Origin: Dimorphilus gyrociliatus
Taxonomy: Eukaryota > Animalia > Annelida
Length of the DNA stretch: 64,000 bases
Direction of reading: 5' to 3'
Assembly (NCBI GenBank): GCA_904063045.1
Contig: CAJFCJ010000050.1
Coordinates: 58,263-122,262, forward strand
Part shown: positions 23,207 to 34,555 of the stretch, in pieces
Layout of the letters: every line of letters begins with the position of its first letter
Position numbering within the stretch: position 1 is the stretch's first letter
Notes under the pieces: generated by a model
Databases searched by the model: none
What the model was told of the DNA's origin: nothing
Seen by the model: the letters and a program-made list of their open reading frames with translations, nothing else
Translations under genes and position numbers: made by a program

Positions 23207-25991
23207 GGAATTGTTTTGAAGCATAGGCAATGGGTTTCATTGTTTTCTTCCCATTCTCATCTACATAAACTTGTTCAAGAACTCCTCCTACAGCTACATT
23301 CGATGCATCTGTTGTTAAGTGAAAATCTTTAGCAAAATCAGGTAGTTGTAATACAGGAGGGTTAACTACTGCATCTCTCAACTTGAAAAATGATTGCTTG
23401 GCTTCCTCAGTCCATTGCAATTTATCCTTTTTCCCATGTAGTTTCATTAACATATACAGAGGTTTAGCTACTCTTGCAAAATCTTGTATAAATTTTCTGT
23501 AATAGCCACAAAACGCAACAAAGCTTAGTAGTGAATTTGCAAACACTGGTGGCTGTAAATTATATAATTTATCTGTCTTGGACTTATCTGTTTCAATCCC
23601 CTTTTCTGATACAATGTGTCCCAAGAATTGAACTTGTTCTTTCAAAAACACACATTTACTTAGTTTAATCTTAAAATTGTACTTTTGAATCTGTTGAAGA
23701 ATGGTCTCCAATGCTTCCCAATGTTGGTCCAGCGACTTGGTAAATATTATTATGTCATCAAGGTAGTTTAGGCACAAATGCTTTACATCCTTTAGCACAA
23801 ATGAATTCATTACATAACTAAAATGAGGAGGGGCATTCGTTAATCCAAAAGGCATCTTAATAAATTCAAACAAGCCAAAAGGTGTAATAAATGCTGTTTT
23901 AGACCTATCTTCTTTCTTGATGTTAATGTGGTGGTATGCACTTGTCAAATCCATTGTAGAAAAGAATTTATTTCCTCCTCCCAAATGGTCAAAAAGATCA
24001 TCTTGATTTGGCAGTGGATACTTGTTTTTAACTGTCATTTTGTTTAGTTTTCTATAATCTACACACATTCGTAGACTACCTTCCTTCTTTCTTACGAAAA
24101 CAATTGGTGAAGCCCAATTGCTCTTGCTTGGTTGAATAACTTTGCTTTTTACCAATTCAGCTATCTGTTGCTTACATTCTTCTTGTTTTTGAGGAGGCAT
24201 TCTATATGGCCTTTGTCTATATGGTGTTGAACCTGGTTCAAGAGTTATTTCCAAGGGTGGTACCTCTGGATTGCCAATATCAAATCTGTCTTCTGCAATA
24301 GTTTCTTTATATTTTGCCAGAATTTGGGTAACTTTGTTCTTCATCTCGGGATTTTCTTGTTCAATTGTTGTCTGAAGGGTATGTATTTGACTCTCATTCT
24401 TTTTCATAATAAGAGGAACTGGGTAAAACCCTTTGAAAGATAAGTGTTGTGTTCCAACAGGGTAATTCTTTTCTGTACCTGGCTGGAGTATAATCTGTCT
24501 CTTGCCAAAGTCAAGGGTAGCTCCATTTTGTTGTAGAAAGTCACACCCAATAATACATTGTTGTGTAATGATTTTGTTGATCAGAAAGCGTTGTTTAATA
24601 ATCTTTCCATTAAAATAAAGTCTGAGAATGATTTCTCCACATATCTCAATGCTATTTCCTGAAGCATCTCTAGCATTTTTCACAGTTTGTTCTGGGAAGG
24701 ATGCTTTTCCTTGAACTTGTCTTAATACCTTTTTTGAAATGAAAGATCTGTCACTACCAGAGTCTATCAAGGCATCAAACTTAAAACCAGTATTAGTTTC
24801 AAATTGTCCAATAAATGTTGAAGCATTTCGCTCAGATTGTTTGCTTTGTAACAGCTGACAAGTGGATTCGTCACTATCTGAAAAACAGAGAATATCTTGA
24901 ACTTCGTCGTTTTCTGACATGCTTTCATTGTCTAATGTTTCTAATTTTTGTAGCTTAGGTTCCTCTTTCAGTATCGTCTTTGCTGGTTGATTTTTCTTAT
25001 AATACCTGTTTGTTGTAGTTGGTGCATACTTTTGGACTTTTTGGCTTGAAAACTTTTCTTTAGTAGCATTTTTGTTGTCAGGTACATGCTTTCTATTCCA
25101 GAAATTTGGGGTTTCTGTAGAAGCATCTTTTCTGATTACCTGGGTCTTTTTGGTCTCTTTTCTTTGTTGAGTTTCCAATTTTGACACCATTGTGATCGGT
25201 TTTCTTTGAGTTAGTTTTAATGAAGTTTCTGCTTGCTTAGCAGCCTCATATAGTTCTGCCAATGTTTGACATTTAGGATGTAAGGTGTACACTAAATGTA
25301 GAATATCCTGTTGTAATCCTCTTTGTAAAACTTCCATCAGTTTTATTTCTTTCATAGTTGCAAGCAATTGTGGTTCCATTGGTCTAGGTGGAGAAAACCT
25401 CTTTATCAATTTCTTTGCTCTATTAACAAACTGAACCACACTTTCGCCATTCATTTGCTTTAAGTTAAGCAATTTCTCCTGATACTCCAAAGGATCTAGA
25501 TCAAATTCGTCATGGAGGGCTTTCCATATTTCCTCCACAGTAGGCTCTCCATCCAGAGCCAACACCAAATCCTTTGCAGGACCAGTTAAATAATCTAAAA
25601 GATTTGCTTTCACAACATCTTCTCCTATCCAACCATAAGCATAACATGCCTGATTAAAGTCTTCTTTGAATTTTGAACACTCCTTGCTTCCATCATACAA
25701 CTTGAGAATAGTTCTTTGAGGGCGGTCCCAAGCAGCCCTTAATGCTTGAATTACTGTTGTGATATCAACATTTGGGTTCTGTGCTGGGTGATGTGTTCCA
25801 TCTCCATGATCTGTTGGAATTGTGATTCGATTTCTTTTCATTTCACTCACCAATCTATCATAGTCTTCAATTAGTCTTTGTTGCCTTTCTGACATTCCTG
25901 CTGGCTGAATTGTAATTGTTGGAGTTGCTGGGGTTGAAGGGTTAGAGTCTGTAACTGCCCCAGTGGTATTTCCATTTTCTCCTTCTGCCAT
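23199..25991 (-). CDS. gag-pol: Gag-protease-reverse transcriptase-RNase H (N-terminal part), in one frame
   Basis: ATG at 25991 just after the PBS; retrotransposon gag core; LIDSGSDRSFI...IIGCDFL protease; WASPIVFVRKK, CVDYRKLN, MPFGL and YLDD in RT; TDASNVAVGGVL in RNase H. Confidence 0.95.
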   Translation of the reverse strand: MAEGENGNTTGAVTDSNPSTPATPTITIQPAGMSERQQRLIEDYDRLVSEMKRNRITIPTDHGDGTHHPAQNPNVDITTVIQALRAAWDRPQRTILKLYDGSKECSKFKEDFNQACYAYGWIGEDVVKANLLDYLTGPAKDLVLALDGEPTVEEIWKALHDEFDLDPLEYQEKLLNLKQMNGESVVQFVNRAKKLIKRFSPPRPMEPQLLATMKEIKLMEVLQRGLQQDILHLVYTLHPKCQTLAELYEAAKQAETSLKLTQRKPITMVSKLETQQRKETKKTQVIRKDASTETPNFWNRKHVPDNKNATKEKFSSQKVQKYAPTTTNRYYKKNQPAKTILKEEPKLQKLETLDNESMSENDEVQDILCFSDSDESTCQLLQSKQSERNASTFIGQFETNTGFKFDALIDSGSDRSFISKKVLRQVQGKASFPEQTVKNARDASGNSIEICGEIILRLYFNGKIIKQRFLINKIITQQCIIGCDFLQQNGATLDFGKRQIILQPGTEKNYPVGTQHLSFKGFYPVPLIMKKNESQIHTLQTTIEQENPEMKNKVTQILAKYKETIAEDRFDIGNPEVPPLEITLEPGSTPYRQRPYRMPPQKQEECKQQIAELVKSKVIQPSKSNWASPIVFVRKKEGSLRMCVDYRKLNKMTVKNKYPLPNQDDLFDHLGGGNKFFSTMDLTSAYHHINIKKEDRSKTAFITPFGLFEFIKMPFGLTNAPPHFSYVMNSFVLKDVKHLCLNYLDDIIIFTKSLDQHWEALETILQQIQKYNFKIKLSKCVFLKEQVQFLGHIVSEKGIETDKSKTDKLYNLQPPVFANSLLSFVAFCGYYRKFIQDFARVAKPLYMLMKLHGKKDKLQWTEEAKQSFFKLRDAVVNPPVLQLPDFAKDFHLTTDASNVAVGGVLEQVYVDENGKKTMKPIAYASKQFQQ

Positions 25992-26029
25992 ATTTACTTT
26001 CTCAAAACTTTTGAATAAACCAAAAGAAT

Positions 26030-26047
26030 ATCCTGTCGGCTGCGCCA
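26030..26047 (-). other. Primer-binding site, tRNA-Ser type
   Basis: TGGCGCAGCCGACAGGAT lies 4 nt after the 5' LTR. It resembles the tRNA-Ser PBS (TGGCGCAGTCGGTAGGAT) of Drosophila 17.6/ZAM-type elements; tRNA identity is from recall. Confidence 0.8.
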
Positions 26048-26051
26048 AATT

Positions 26052-26686
26052 TGTACTGCTCTTGCTGGCAAAATCTATGCGTTTGCAAGTTATAACAATA
26101 CTGGTTCTACTCGAACCTTTAAACAAATGTTTAAATTAAAATGGTTTATTCGCAATAATAATACTTAAGCAAGTAACAATATGAGAGTTCGATAGCAGAG
26201 TAGATAGTTTGTAAAAGCAGGTTGCCAAATTACCAAACTGTCTTCCAATGTTGAGGAGTAGATGGATGGTTCCAGTGGAGGTTGTTTCCAGATGATTTTC
26301 CCAGGTCCTTGGGTCCAGATGGAAGCTGCATGCCAAATGAGAATAATGAGAATTTATATACTTTGAGGTTTGTCTCTGACATCCAATCATCACTTTACAG
26401 TTGCCGAAATGTGTAGTTCATATTTATCTTTAGTAACAGGATGTTACAAGGTTCAACATTTAGGAAGGTTAATTGAATTATAACTTGGCCACACCCTAGG
26501 CAAGTTAATTAAATTATAACTTGGCCAAACCTTTATTGGTAATTAAAGATGAGCCTTCAAGCTGACTAATCAGACTTATGTTTGGCCAATGTTATAGCAT
26601 TTTCTTGCGTAGGTTTTAAGATGTACATGTATATGTTGCATAAAATAATAGAGTTCAAGCATGTAAAATATAACCAAAGTTGTACA
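26052..26686 (-). repeat. 5' LTR
   Basis: 635 bp, one mismatch to 17371-18005; followed by ATAG on the + strand. Confidence 0.97.
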
Positions 26687-27079
26687 ATAGACAGGTTATT
26701 CTTTTGATGTAGGTTGCAATCCCTTTAGCCTTATAGCTCTAGAGTCATCTACTTTTATTCATCCCCAGACGGAGATGGGTGCATTGTTTTACGAGTTTTG
26801 GTCATAGTGCTTGACCTTTTATACTAAAAGTTGAAGTTTCTCTGTTTTTAGACAAGTTAAAGGAAAACTTTTTCTATTCAAGTTTGCATTATGAAAATGA
26901 TAAAATTGATCGCTTCTCTTTTCTATTTACATCTAAATATGTCGTTAAAAAATATAGTTTTGTTCTCCATATTGAATTTCTATTAATTCTTACTTTGTTA
27001 AATATTAAATGCTACTCTGCACAAATTCATTTATCTATAAAATAAAATCATTAAGATTATAAGGCTTCTCTTTACAATC

Positions 27080-30000
27080 TTGAATTTCTTGTATTGATCA
27101 TTAATGATAGCTTTGTTACAGAAATGCTTTGTTCTAACAAAATTGATGATTGTTCACAATTTGAATTGTGCGAACAAGGTCAATGCATGTGTAATATAGA
27201 ATTTGGTCAAGAAATTTGTGATAATAGTAAGAATAAGAATATCTTTATCATAAATATTCTTTTTAAATAAAAAATCTATTGTTCAAATAGGCAACAATCT
27301 GATTTTAATAAGAATGAAAACTGGTAAATTTAATACAAGCAAAAAAATTCTTTCAATGGCATCTATTAGCCAATGTTATATGCACTGTTTAAATAATACT
27401 CAATTCAATTGTGCTGGAATATCATACATAAAACAAAATGAGGGTTATCAATGTCATCTTTTCAGTGAAATATCTTATCCATTAATTGAAAATGAAAATT
27501 CATATCTAATTATTCTAAAAGGTAAAGAAACAATAGATACTTTCTCTCTCTGTAAATTCAAATATCCATTTAACTACTTTCCTTTAAAAAATAGACAAAA
27601 CTCTAGGAGTATGTGGTGAAAATTTTAGTCTAACACCACCAATGGAACAATGTTATATAAGAATATGGATAGAAAATGGCTGTTTTGCCGAGGAATTTAA
27701 GCCTAATGATTATGAAAAATTAATGACTATTACGGAATTTATTGATTATTCGAAAGAAATGTTTAAATTGGCTGCACAGAAATTTAGTGTAAATGAAAAT
27801 TCTGAAATTTACAGACTAATCTGCTTTAAAAGAATTAGTTCCGAAAAAAATATAGCATTTAATAAGGAAGTAAATGATCATGGACAATCCTATTATCCAT
27901 TAGGAAGTCCATTGCATGCTGTTGATGGCCTATTGCACAGTGACTATTCATTAGGTGCCTGTTCAGAATTGTATGATATAATGAATCCTACAATTTCAAT
28001 AAAATTACAAGGAAAACACAGAATTAAAAAAGTTGTTTTATGGCCAACAAATGGTAAAAGTAAGACAAAAACAAAAGAATATAATTTGGTTTTTTTTCAA
28101 ATATTTTTTTTTATTTTAGTAAATCAAACAGTAAACATTTATGCAGAAAATTCAATTAATTTCTGTGCAAACAATGTCAATATGATCATTGATTTACCTA
28201 CTAAAGTCTATTGTAATAATCTAAAGATGAATAGAGCTGATGACGTCACGATTCAAGAAATATTCCTGACTTCCCTCTATCTTTGTGAAGTAGAAATTTA
28301 TCCAGGTATTTATTTTCAAAATCTAATTTTTTTCTATATTTTGCTGAGTTTTACAACAACCAATTTATATTTTTCCTTCTCTTTCAGAAAATGTAGCTTA
28401 TTTAAAACCAGTTTTCGCCAAAATCGCAAATGAACATTTATCTAAATTAACTGATGGACATGAAAGCGATTTTGCAACAATGAATCTTGGGATTGATTAT
28501 TGGGTTACAATTAACCTTTTGGCTTACTATAATGTTTTTATTGTAGATTTGAAACCTTCGTTAACTTCTGAGGGAACCAATCAAAATATTTTGATTGAAT
28601 TAGCCAATGAAAATCCAGCTCTAGTTAAAAATTCTGCAAATTTCAATTATTGTGGCGAAAAGACTTATTTAATTCAGATGCATCATTATTATTCAATTGT
28701 CTGTAATAAAGGGGGTGTCAAAGGTCAATTTGTTGTTTTTCGAAGTAATTTCAATCCTTTTCAAAAAGTTGAAATTATTGAAATTGAAGTAATTGGAAGA
28801 TATTTAAGAAATTCGGATAAAGAGAATGTTAATATCTTTTTAAATAAACCATCCTGGTCAATTTCCCATCATAATAAACAAACTGCTGCTTGTAAATTAA
28901 CAAATGGTATTTTTCATGATATTTTTCAAACAAAGAAAGAGAGATATCCTTGGGCAAGAGTGGATTTGCTTGGAAATTATAGAATTTTTAAAATGGCTAT
29001 TATGAGTAGAAGAAGTACATAGTATATATGTTAATTTTAGATCAAATAACCTATTTACTTGTATCACTTTTAGATGCAAATAGAGCCAGATCTATAAGAG
29101 GAATATTATCAAACTATACAGAATTTATTATAAAAGATCAATACAATTCTTCTCAATTATGCTTTAATAATGACAATGATTTTGAAAGTGGCGAATACAG
29201 AATTTGGACTTGTCAACAGCCATTTCCGGTTGGTAGATTTGCAACAATTTATCTTCACGTGGAAGAGAAAGAATATTTTAGTGCTTATGAAATTGAAGCT
29301 TTTGGTCAACAAATAATCAATGATAATTTTACATTAATACCATTAGTTAAGAGTGACAGAACTGTCAATAAACAAGGTTTTATTGCTAAATTGGAAAGTG
29401 AGCAATTACCTTTGAAAGCTATTGATGGTTTAGCGCTGAACGATAAAACAGAAAATGGTTTTTTCTCATGTACTGGAATTAGTATGAATGATGACTATGA
29501 GGGAAGAATTACCATTTATATGGATAGTCTTCATACTGTGGACCAAGTTACTCTTCTTCTTCCAATCAATTCAATGACTTGTAATATATTTTTTGTCGAA
29601 TATTTGGAGATTTCATCACAGTTCATCCAATAAAATTCCCTTGTTCATGAAACTTTTGGGCATGTGTTGTCCTTAATTTGTTGACTCATGATCACTTTTC
29701 TTGGTCAATCTAGATGAAATCTTCAACAAGCCAACTATATTACTATTTTTAAAAGATTTAATAAGAATAATTTGTTTATTTCTAGATATTTCAAACATTT
29801 ATCGTGATGCTGCTATTCAAGTTGCAGTTGAAATATTGGATATATACTTACAAAGGCAAATTTGCTCTTTAAAAAACAAAGCAACACTTGAATATTTATT
29901 CTATAATTGTCAATTTATTGGAGATAGAATATCATTTCGTATAATTAATGGGACAAGAAAAGTATTGAAAATTTGTGAAGTATATGTTTTTGGGGAACAA

Positions 30001-31790
30001 CAGAAGTCGCCCAGGGCAGAAGTCGCCCAGGACAGAAGTCGCCCAGAAATTGATAGAAGTCGCCCAGAGCTGTGACAGAAGTCGCCCAGAACTGTGATAG
30101 AAGTCGCCCAGGACTATGACAGAAGTCGCCTAGAACTGTAGAAGACATAATGTGTTTGTTCTTTGTTTCTATTGATTTCTGACAATTGAAATATATAATA
30201 AGTATTAATAAATATAGAATGCATCATTTAATAATAACTAAATAGTGAATGAATTAAATAATAAAATACTGGCATTCTGTTGAAGGTTTCACATAAATAT
30301 CATTTATTTGCTTAAACTTGTGCACAAACTTGAGGTTCTATTTGGATCAGTACAGCAGAAAATTCCCACAATCACAATACAAAGTACAGTATTGAGTTTT
30401 AAACTAAAAATCTTATGCATTTCATTTAATTTATTAAATTTGTTTCTACATTCAAAGCAGAATTTTGCCATGTTCATCAATTTCTTTCAAATACCTCTTA
30501 TGTCAAAGATCATGAGAATTAAAAAAAAATTGTAAGATATATACATGATTTTAAAGAGACTAATATTTTTATCAAAACAATTGTTACTTTTGAAGGATTA
30601 CAATGCAGAAAATCACTTAATTCGAATAGCTAACAATTCAATTTTCACAACAAATCAAGTGGTAAAACATTACTCTACAAAAAAAACTGGTAAAACAATT
30701 TCTTTCATTATCACTCAGAGATTACAAATAATAAATACAAACTACTTCATAAATTATTTTCATATATTTTGCATTTTATTAAGCATACTGTAAACTTCTA
30801 GTACACTTCTGGGCGACTTCTGTCATAGTCCTGGGTGACTTCTATCACACTTCTGGGCGACTTCTGTCACAGCTCTGGGCGACTTCTATCAATGTCTGGG
30901 CGACTTCTGTCCTGGGCGACTTCTGCCCTGGGCGACTTCTGTCGTATTCATGTTTTTGGTAGAAAGGAATCTTCTAATTTGAGTAGTTTGTATACTATTT
31001 TTGAAAATTCAAAATATACAAAAAATAAGGAAATAACAAACATTTCCCTGCATTTTTTAACAGGTTTTGGTGTTTTATCACATGCGAAAATTAGACTTTC
31101 AGCATATAATTCAAATATATTTCTAGATTCGTATTGTAACCATCCCAAATATACTCAAACATATTATGTTCAATTACCAGTTTATCATAGATTTCATGCT
31201 GTAGGATTTTATTTAGTAAAATCAGCAAATTTTTTAGATGGATTACAAATTCATGGTGTAAATTATAATACAGAAATTCATTGTACAAGTATTTCAACTA
31301 TACTAAGATTCAGCTCTGAAACCTCTTTTACATTTTCATGCACAAAAGAAATAGTTGCAAAATACTTGAAAATTTCCTCTGTAACTGAGATATTTGGGGC
31401 TTGCAATTATTACGTAATTAGTAAAGAAATAGTCACCAGTTTGTCAGGTTAGCATAAACAAAAATAGCAAATTTTGAATAAAATATTTTGAATTTGTTTT
31501 TTGATTTTCAAGTACAAAATGTATTGAAATTTGAAAATAAACTTATTTCACCGACAAATATTTATGCGACAAAAGATAATGTAAATATAAAGGAATGCTT
31601 GAAATCTTGTTTGAAAGATGAAGAATGCGAAAGTCTATCTTATTCTGATGAAAGAAAACAATGTAAATTTGGCATATTTCCAATTTTACCAAATTTCGAA
31701 AATTATTTAACACTCATAGACTCAAACAAATTCATCAATCTTTATAAGAGAAATATGAATATTTCAAAACTTTGTAAATATATATTTTAA
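27080..31790 (+). CDS. Multi-exon modular gene: EGF-like, PAN/apple, several F-type lectin (FTP/F5-8C-like) domains, terminal PAN; interrupted by a MITE
   Basis: CSQFELCEQGQCMC, SISQCYMHC...CAGISY...CHLF, NIAFNKEV...AVDG...CS, PWARVDLLG, LCEVEI/ICEVYVFG and ECLKSCLKDEECESLSY...CKFG. GT-AG introns are plausible; exon limits are approximate. Confidence 0.75.
29994..30949. mobile_element. Non-autonomous MULE/foldback-type element with tandem GAAGTCGCCCAG units in both TIRs
   Basis: About eight units at 30001-30135, inverted at 30805-30945; ATGTTTTTGG duplicated at 29984-29993 and 30950-30959. Confidence 0.92.
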
Positions 31791-32295
31791 ATTCAAACAA
31801 TAACATTCTTGAAAATCTTCTTCATTCAGTTCAATAAATTAAAAAATATCAGTTGATATATATTCAATGAGTTCTTTGTTTCGTTAAATTGATTATCGCT
31901 TTTGTGGTTTACTTTGTTTCGTTTATCAACTTTTCTTGGTCTGGAGTATGCTAAAGAAATCAACATTGCTCATTGGCATTGCAAATCAATCAAGAGAAGA
32001 AGAGTGCAATGTTATCCATAGATTTCTTGAAGAAAAACTGTTACCAAAATTAGATGTTTTAGGATTTAGATGTTTAGAAATAGGGCTACAATAAAAGCAA
32101 TTTAAGTTAAATGAAAAAGAATAGGGGTTGGGAGAAAATATTATTATATTATACAATAAAGTCATTTTAGCTGGGTTAATAAGCTTATATATTCATCAAA
32201 TTGTAATATTCAAGTTAAGTTGTAAGTTACAATATTTAGCTTGAAAATATGTTGCTGCACCTTGTACAGGCACCACCCTACACAAAAGTAGGCCG

Positions 32296-32346
32296 AGTTG
32301 GGGTGAGAACGTACCTGGGTGTGAACGTACCCGGGTGCAAACGTAT
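32296..32346. repeat. Solitary MULE TIR remnant
   Basis: GGGTGAGAACGTACCTGGGTGTGAACGTACCCGGGTGCAAACGTA resembles the TIR of 42670-44507. Confidence 0.65.
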
Positions 32347-32460
32347 TAATGACTAAATTTCTCCTAGAGTTATCAGATAAAATCTCCACTCTATGACATA
32401 TATAAGGAGAGATGTTAACATATACTCAGTACTAGCTTAAATATTCTTCTATTTTAGTTT

Positions 32461-33780
32461 ATGGTAACTTTAATGCTATATACTTTTTTTGTATCTTTTT
32501 ATGTTATTGTTTGTGAAGCTTTCGGGAATCCTCCACCTCACTATGAACGGAAAAAGGTAAGTTAATTTTTACTTTTATAAATGGCATTACGACATTTAAT
32601 TTTACAGAAAAATTCCAATCTTATTGAATCAAATGAAAATCAGTTAAGAGTTCAAAAGAGTTGGGAAGGTGAATGTCATCATTTTAATTGTTCTGCTTCA
32701 AATACAGTTGATGGGAAAACTACTAAAATTACAAAAACAGTCTATTTTATGGCTGACGGTAATAGTTACTGATTTATATTTTAGATGGACAATTGACCAA
32801 ACCAAACATTTTATGAATTATATGTTTCTTGCTCTTTCAATTGGTGTTCTTTATTAGAATAAAAGCATTCTGAACACTACTATTTCATTTTATAACTTTT
32901 TTATTGTTTGATAGAAAAGTAGATATTGTAAGCCAATACTCTCACAAACCTTATTTAGCGTACATCTTCATATATCCTTCTGTCTTCCACCCTCTCCTCT
33001 CTATGTTTCCTGTTATTTATTGGCTATTATAAGAATTTCTCATATATCCCAATTCAATTTTGTCCACAACAGTCATTTACTAATTTGAGGGTGAATTGCA
33101 TAGATTTTATAAATAGAAAGAACACCAGATTATATGAAAAATACATTCTTTAAGAACATTATAAGTTCTAGTAAAACATTAATAATAAATTCAAAAACAT
33201 TGGGTATTACACCATTATTGGCTGATTATAATCGGTATTGGGAAAAATTTGCATTTTCTATATGTATGTTGTATCAAAAGCGAATTCTTACTCCAATATT
33301 TTATGTGGTTTCTCTATCTGATGTGGTGATTATTTGTCTTTTCAAAATATACATCATTTTAAATAAAGCATCAATAACATTAAAGTATACTGAAGAACTA
33401 TGCCAAAAGAAAACATTCTAAACATTGGACAAAATCATAATTATACTCATTTTATTGGAAATTTGCAAATATTTTACAAAAATAGTTGGTTCCAACCAAC
33501 TTTTGAATCCTTCAAATTTAAAAATATAATGAATTTATGCCATACTTTTGGTTTTGATTATGGAAGTCTTTATGGTTTTCTAAATAATATTACTATTACA
33601 AAGTTCTATAATGCAAAAATGTATTGTTCAAAATCCTTTGATCATTCATCTTGTTCTTTTGAAATAAAGCCTGATGATGTAACTGCAATATTTCATACTG
33701 AAACGGAAGGAGTGAAATTATTTGGAAGATCAGCTTTATTTATTGAATGTAGTAATGATGGAGTAGGTAATACTAGCTAG
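32461..33780 (+). pseudogene. Fragments of a secreted modular gene (signal exon, discoidin-like, SRCR-like)
   Basis: Signal-like exon MVTLMLYTFFVSFYVIVCEA ending at GTAAGT; GNLQIFYKNSW...NLCHTFGFDYG parallels 63692-63985. Confidence 0.4.
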
Positions 33781-34555
33781 GCTTAATTATAAATAGAAAA
33801 ATTACTATTTCTCCAAAAAATATAGTTTGCCAGAATGAAGATACATTTCTCTACAACAAATTTTGTTATCTGCATTTAAAACTTAAAAAGAAAATATCAA
33901 TTCAAAACAATGAAAAGTTCTGTAATGAAAGAAATAGCACTTTGACATATATATCATTTGAAAGTTATGAGTTCTTATTTAATATGTACTTGGTTGATTT
34001 TTCATTTGTTTTGGTGACTGTATTTTATAAATTGACAATTCATCTTATTGTAGGCGGATCTGAAAATATATATCTATAATTATAGTAATAGCACCTTTTA
34101 ATTTACTAACAAAACATGCTACTCCTTTCCAATTTGTTTATTACAGAAAATATGGGACAAAACATTCATAAAACAGTTCAACAGCAGTAAATTAATACAT
34201 TTTCACTATCAAGTTAAAAGTTATTTTTAAAAGTACAAATAAATTATTAATAATAAATTGTCAACTGACAATTGATTGATTAGCTATTTCTAAACACTAT
34301 TTATAGACATCCTTATAGATAGTGTTTGTTTTTTATAGGAGAGAAGATATTTTGTTGAAAAGTAGTTAGGAAGAATAGGCTAGTTATTCATTTGTACTTA
34401 AGCGACACGGCACTCTTGTCTATAGATTAGGCTTAAATCATATATTTCTGTGACAATAAAAATAACCATTAAAAATCTTCTACAAGAGAGATCAGATAAT
34501 ATTGACAGTTGTTTGTTTACATTTAGTTGTGTTTGTATTTCAAAATGATACTCAT

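Larger units (their letters stand above)
17371..26686 (-). mobile_element. Full-length env-bearing Ty3/gypsy (Metaviridae) LTR retrotransposon, 9316 bp
   Basis: Two 635-bp LTRs (TG...CA), ATAG on both flanks, PBS, PPT, and domain order gag-PR-RT-RH-IN followed by a second protease and env. Confidence 0.97.

Noticed and set aside
25992-26126. N-terminal extension of the 975-aa ORF
   Set aside because: It runs through the LTR and PBS from a non-ATG start; the ATG at 25991 is conserved in the 51039 copy.
26700-26830. GC-richer stretch with small hairpins, possible ncRNA
   Set aside because: No tRNA, snRNA or ribozyme consensus could be fitted.
30001-30945. CRISPR-like spaced GAAGTCGCCCAG repeats
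   Set aside because: The context is eukaryotic, spacers are only 5-12 nt, the arrays form an inverted pair with a TSD, and there are no cas genes. These are transposon TIRs.
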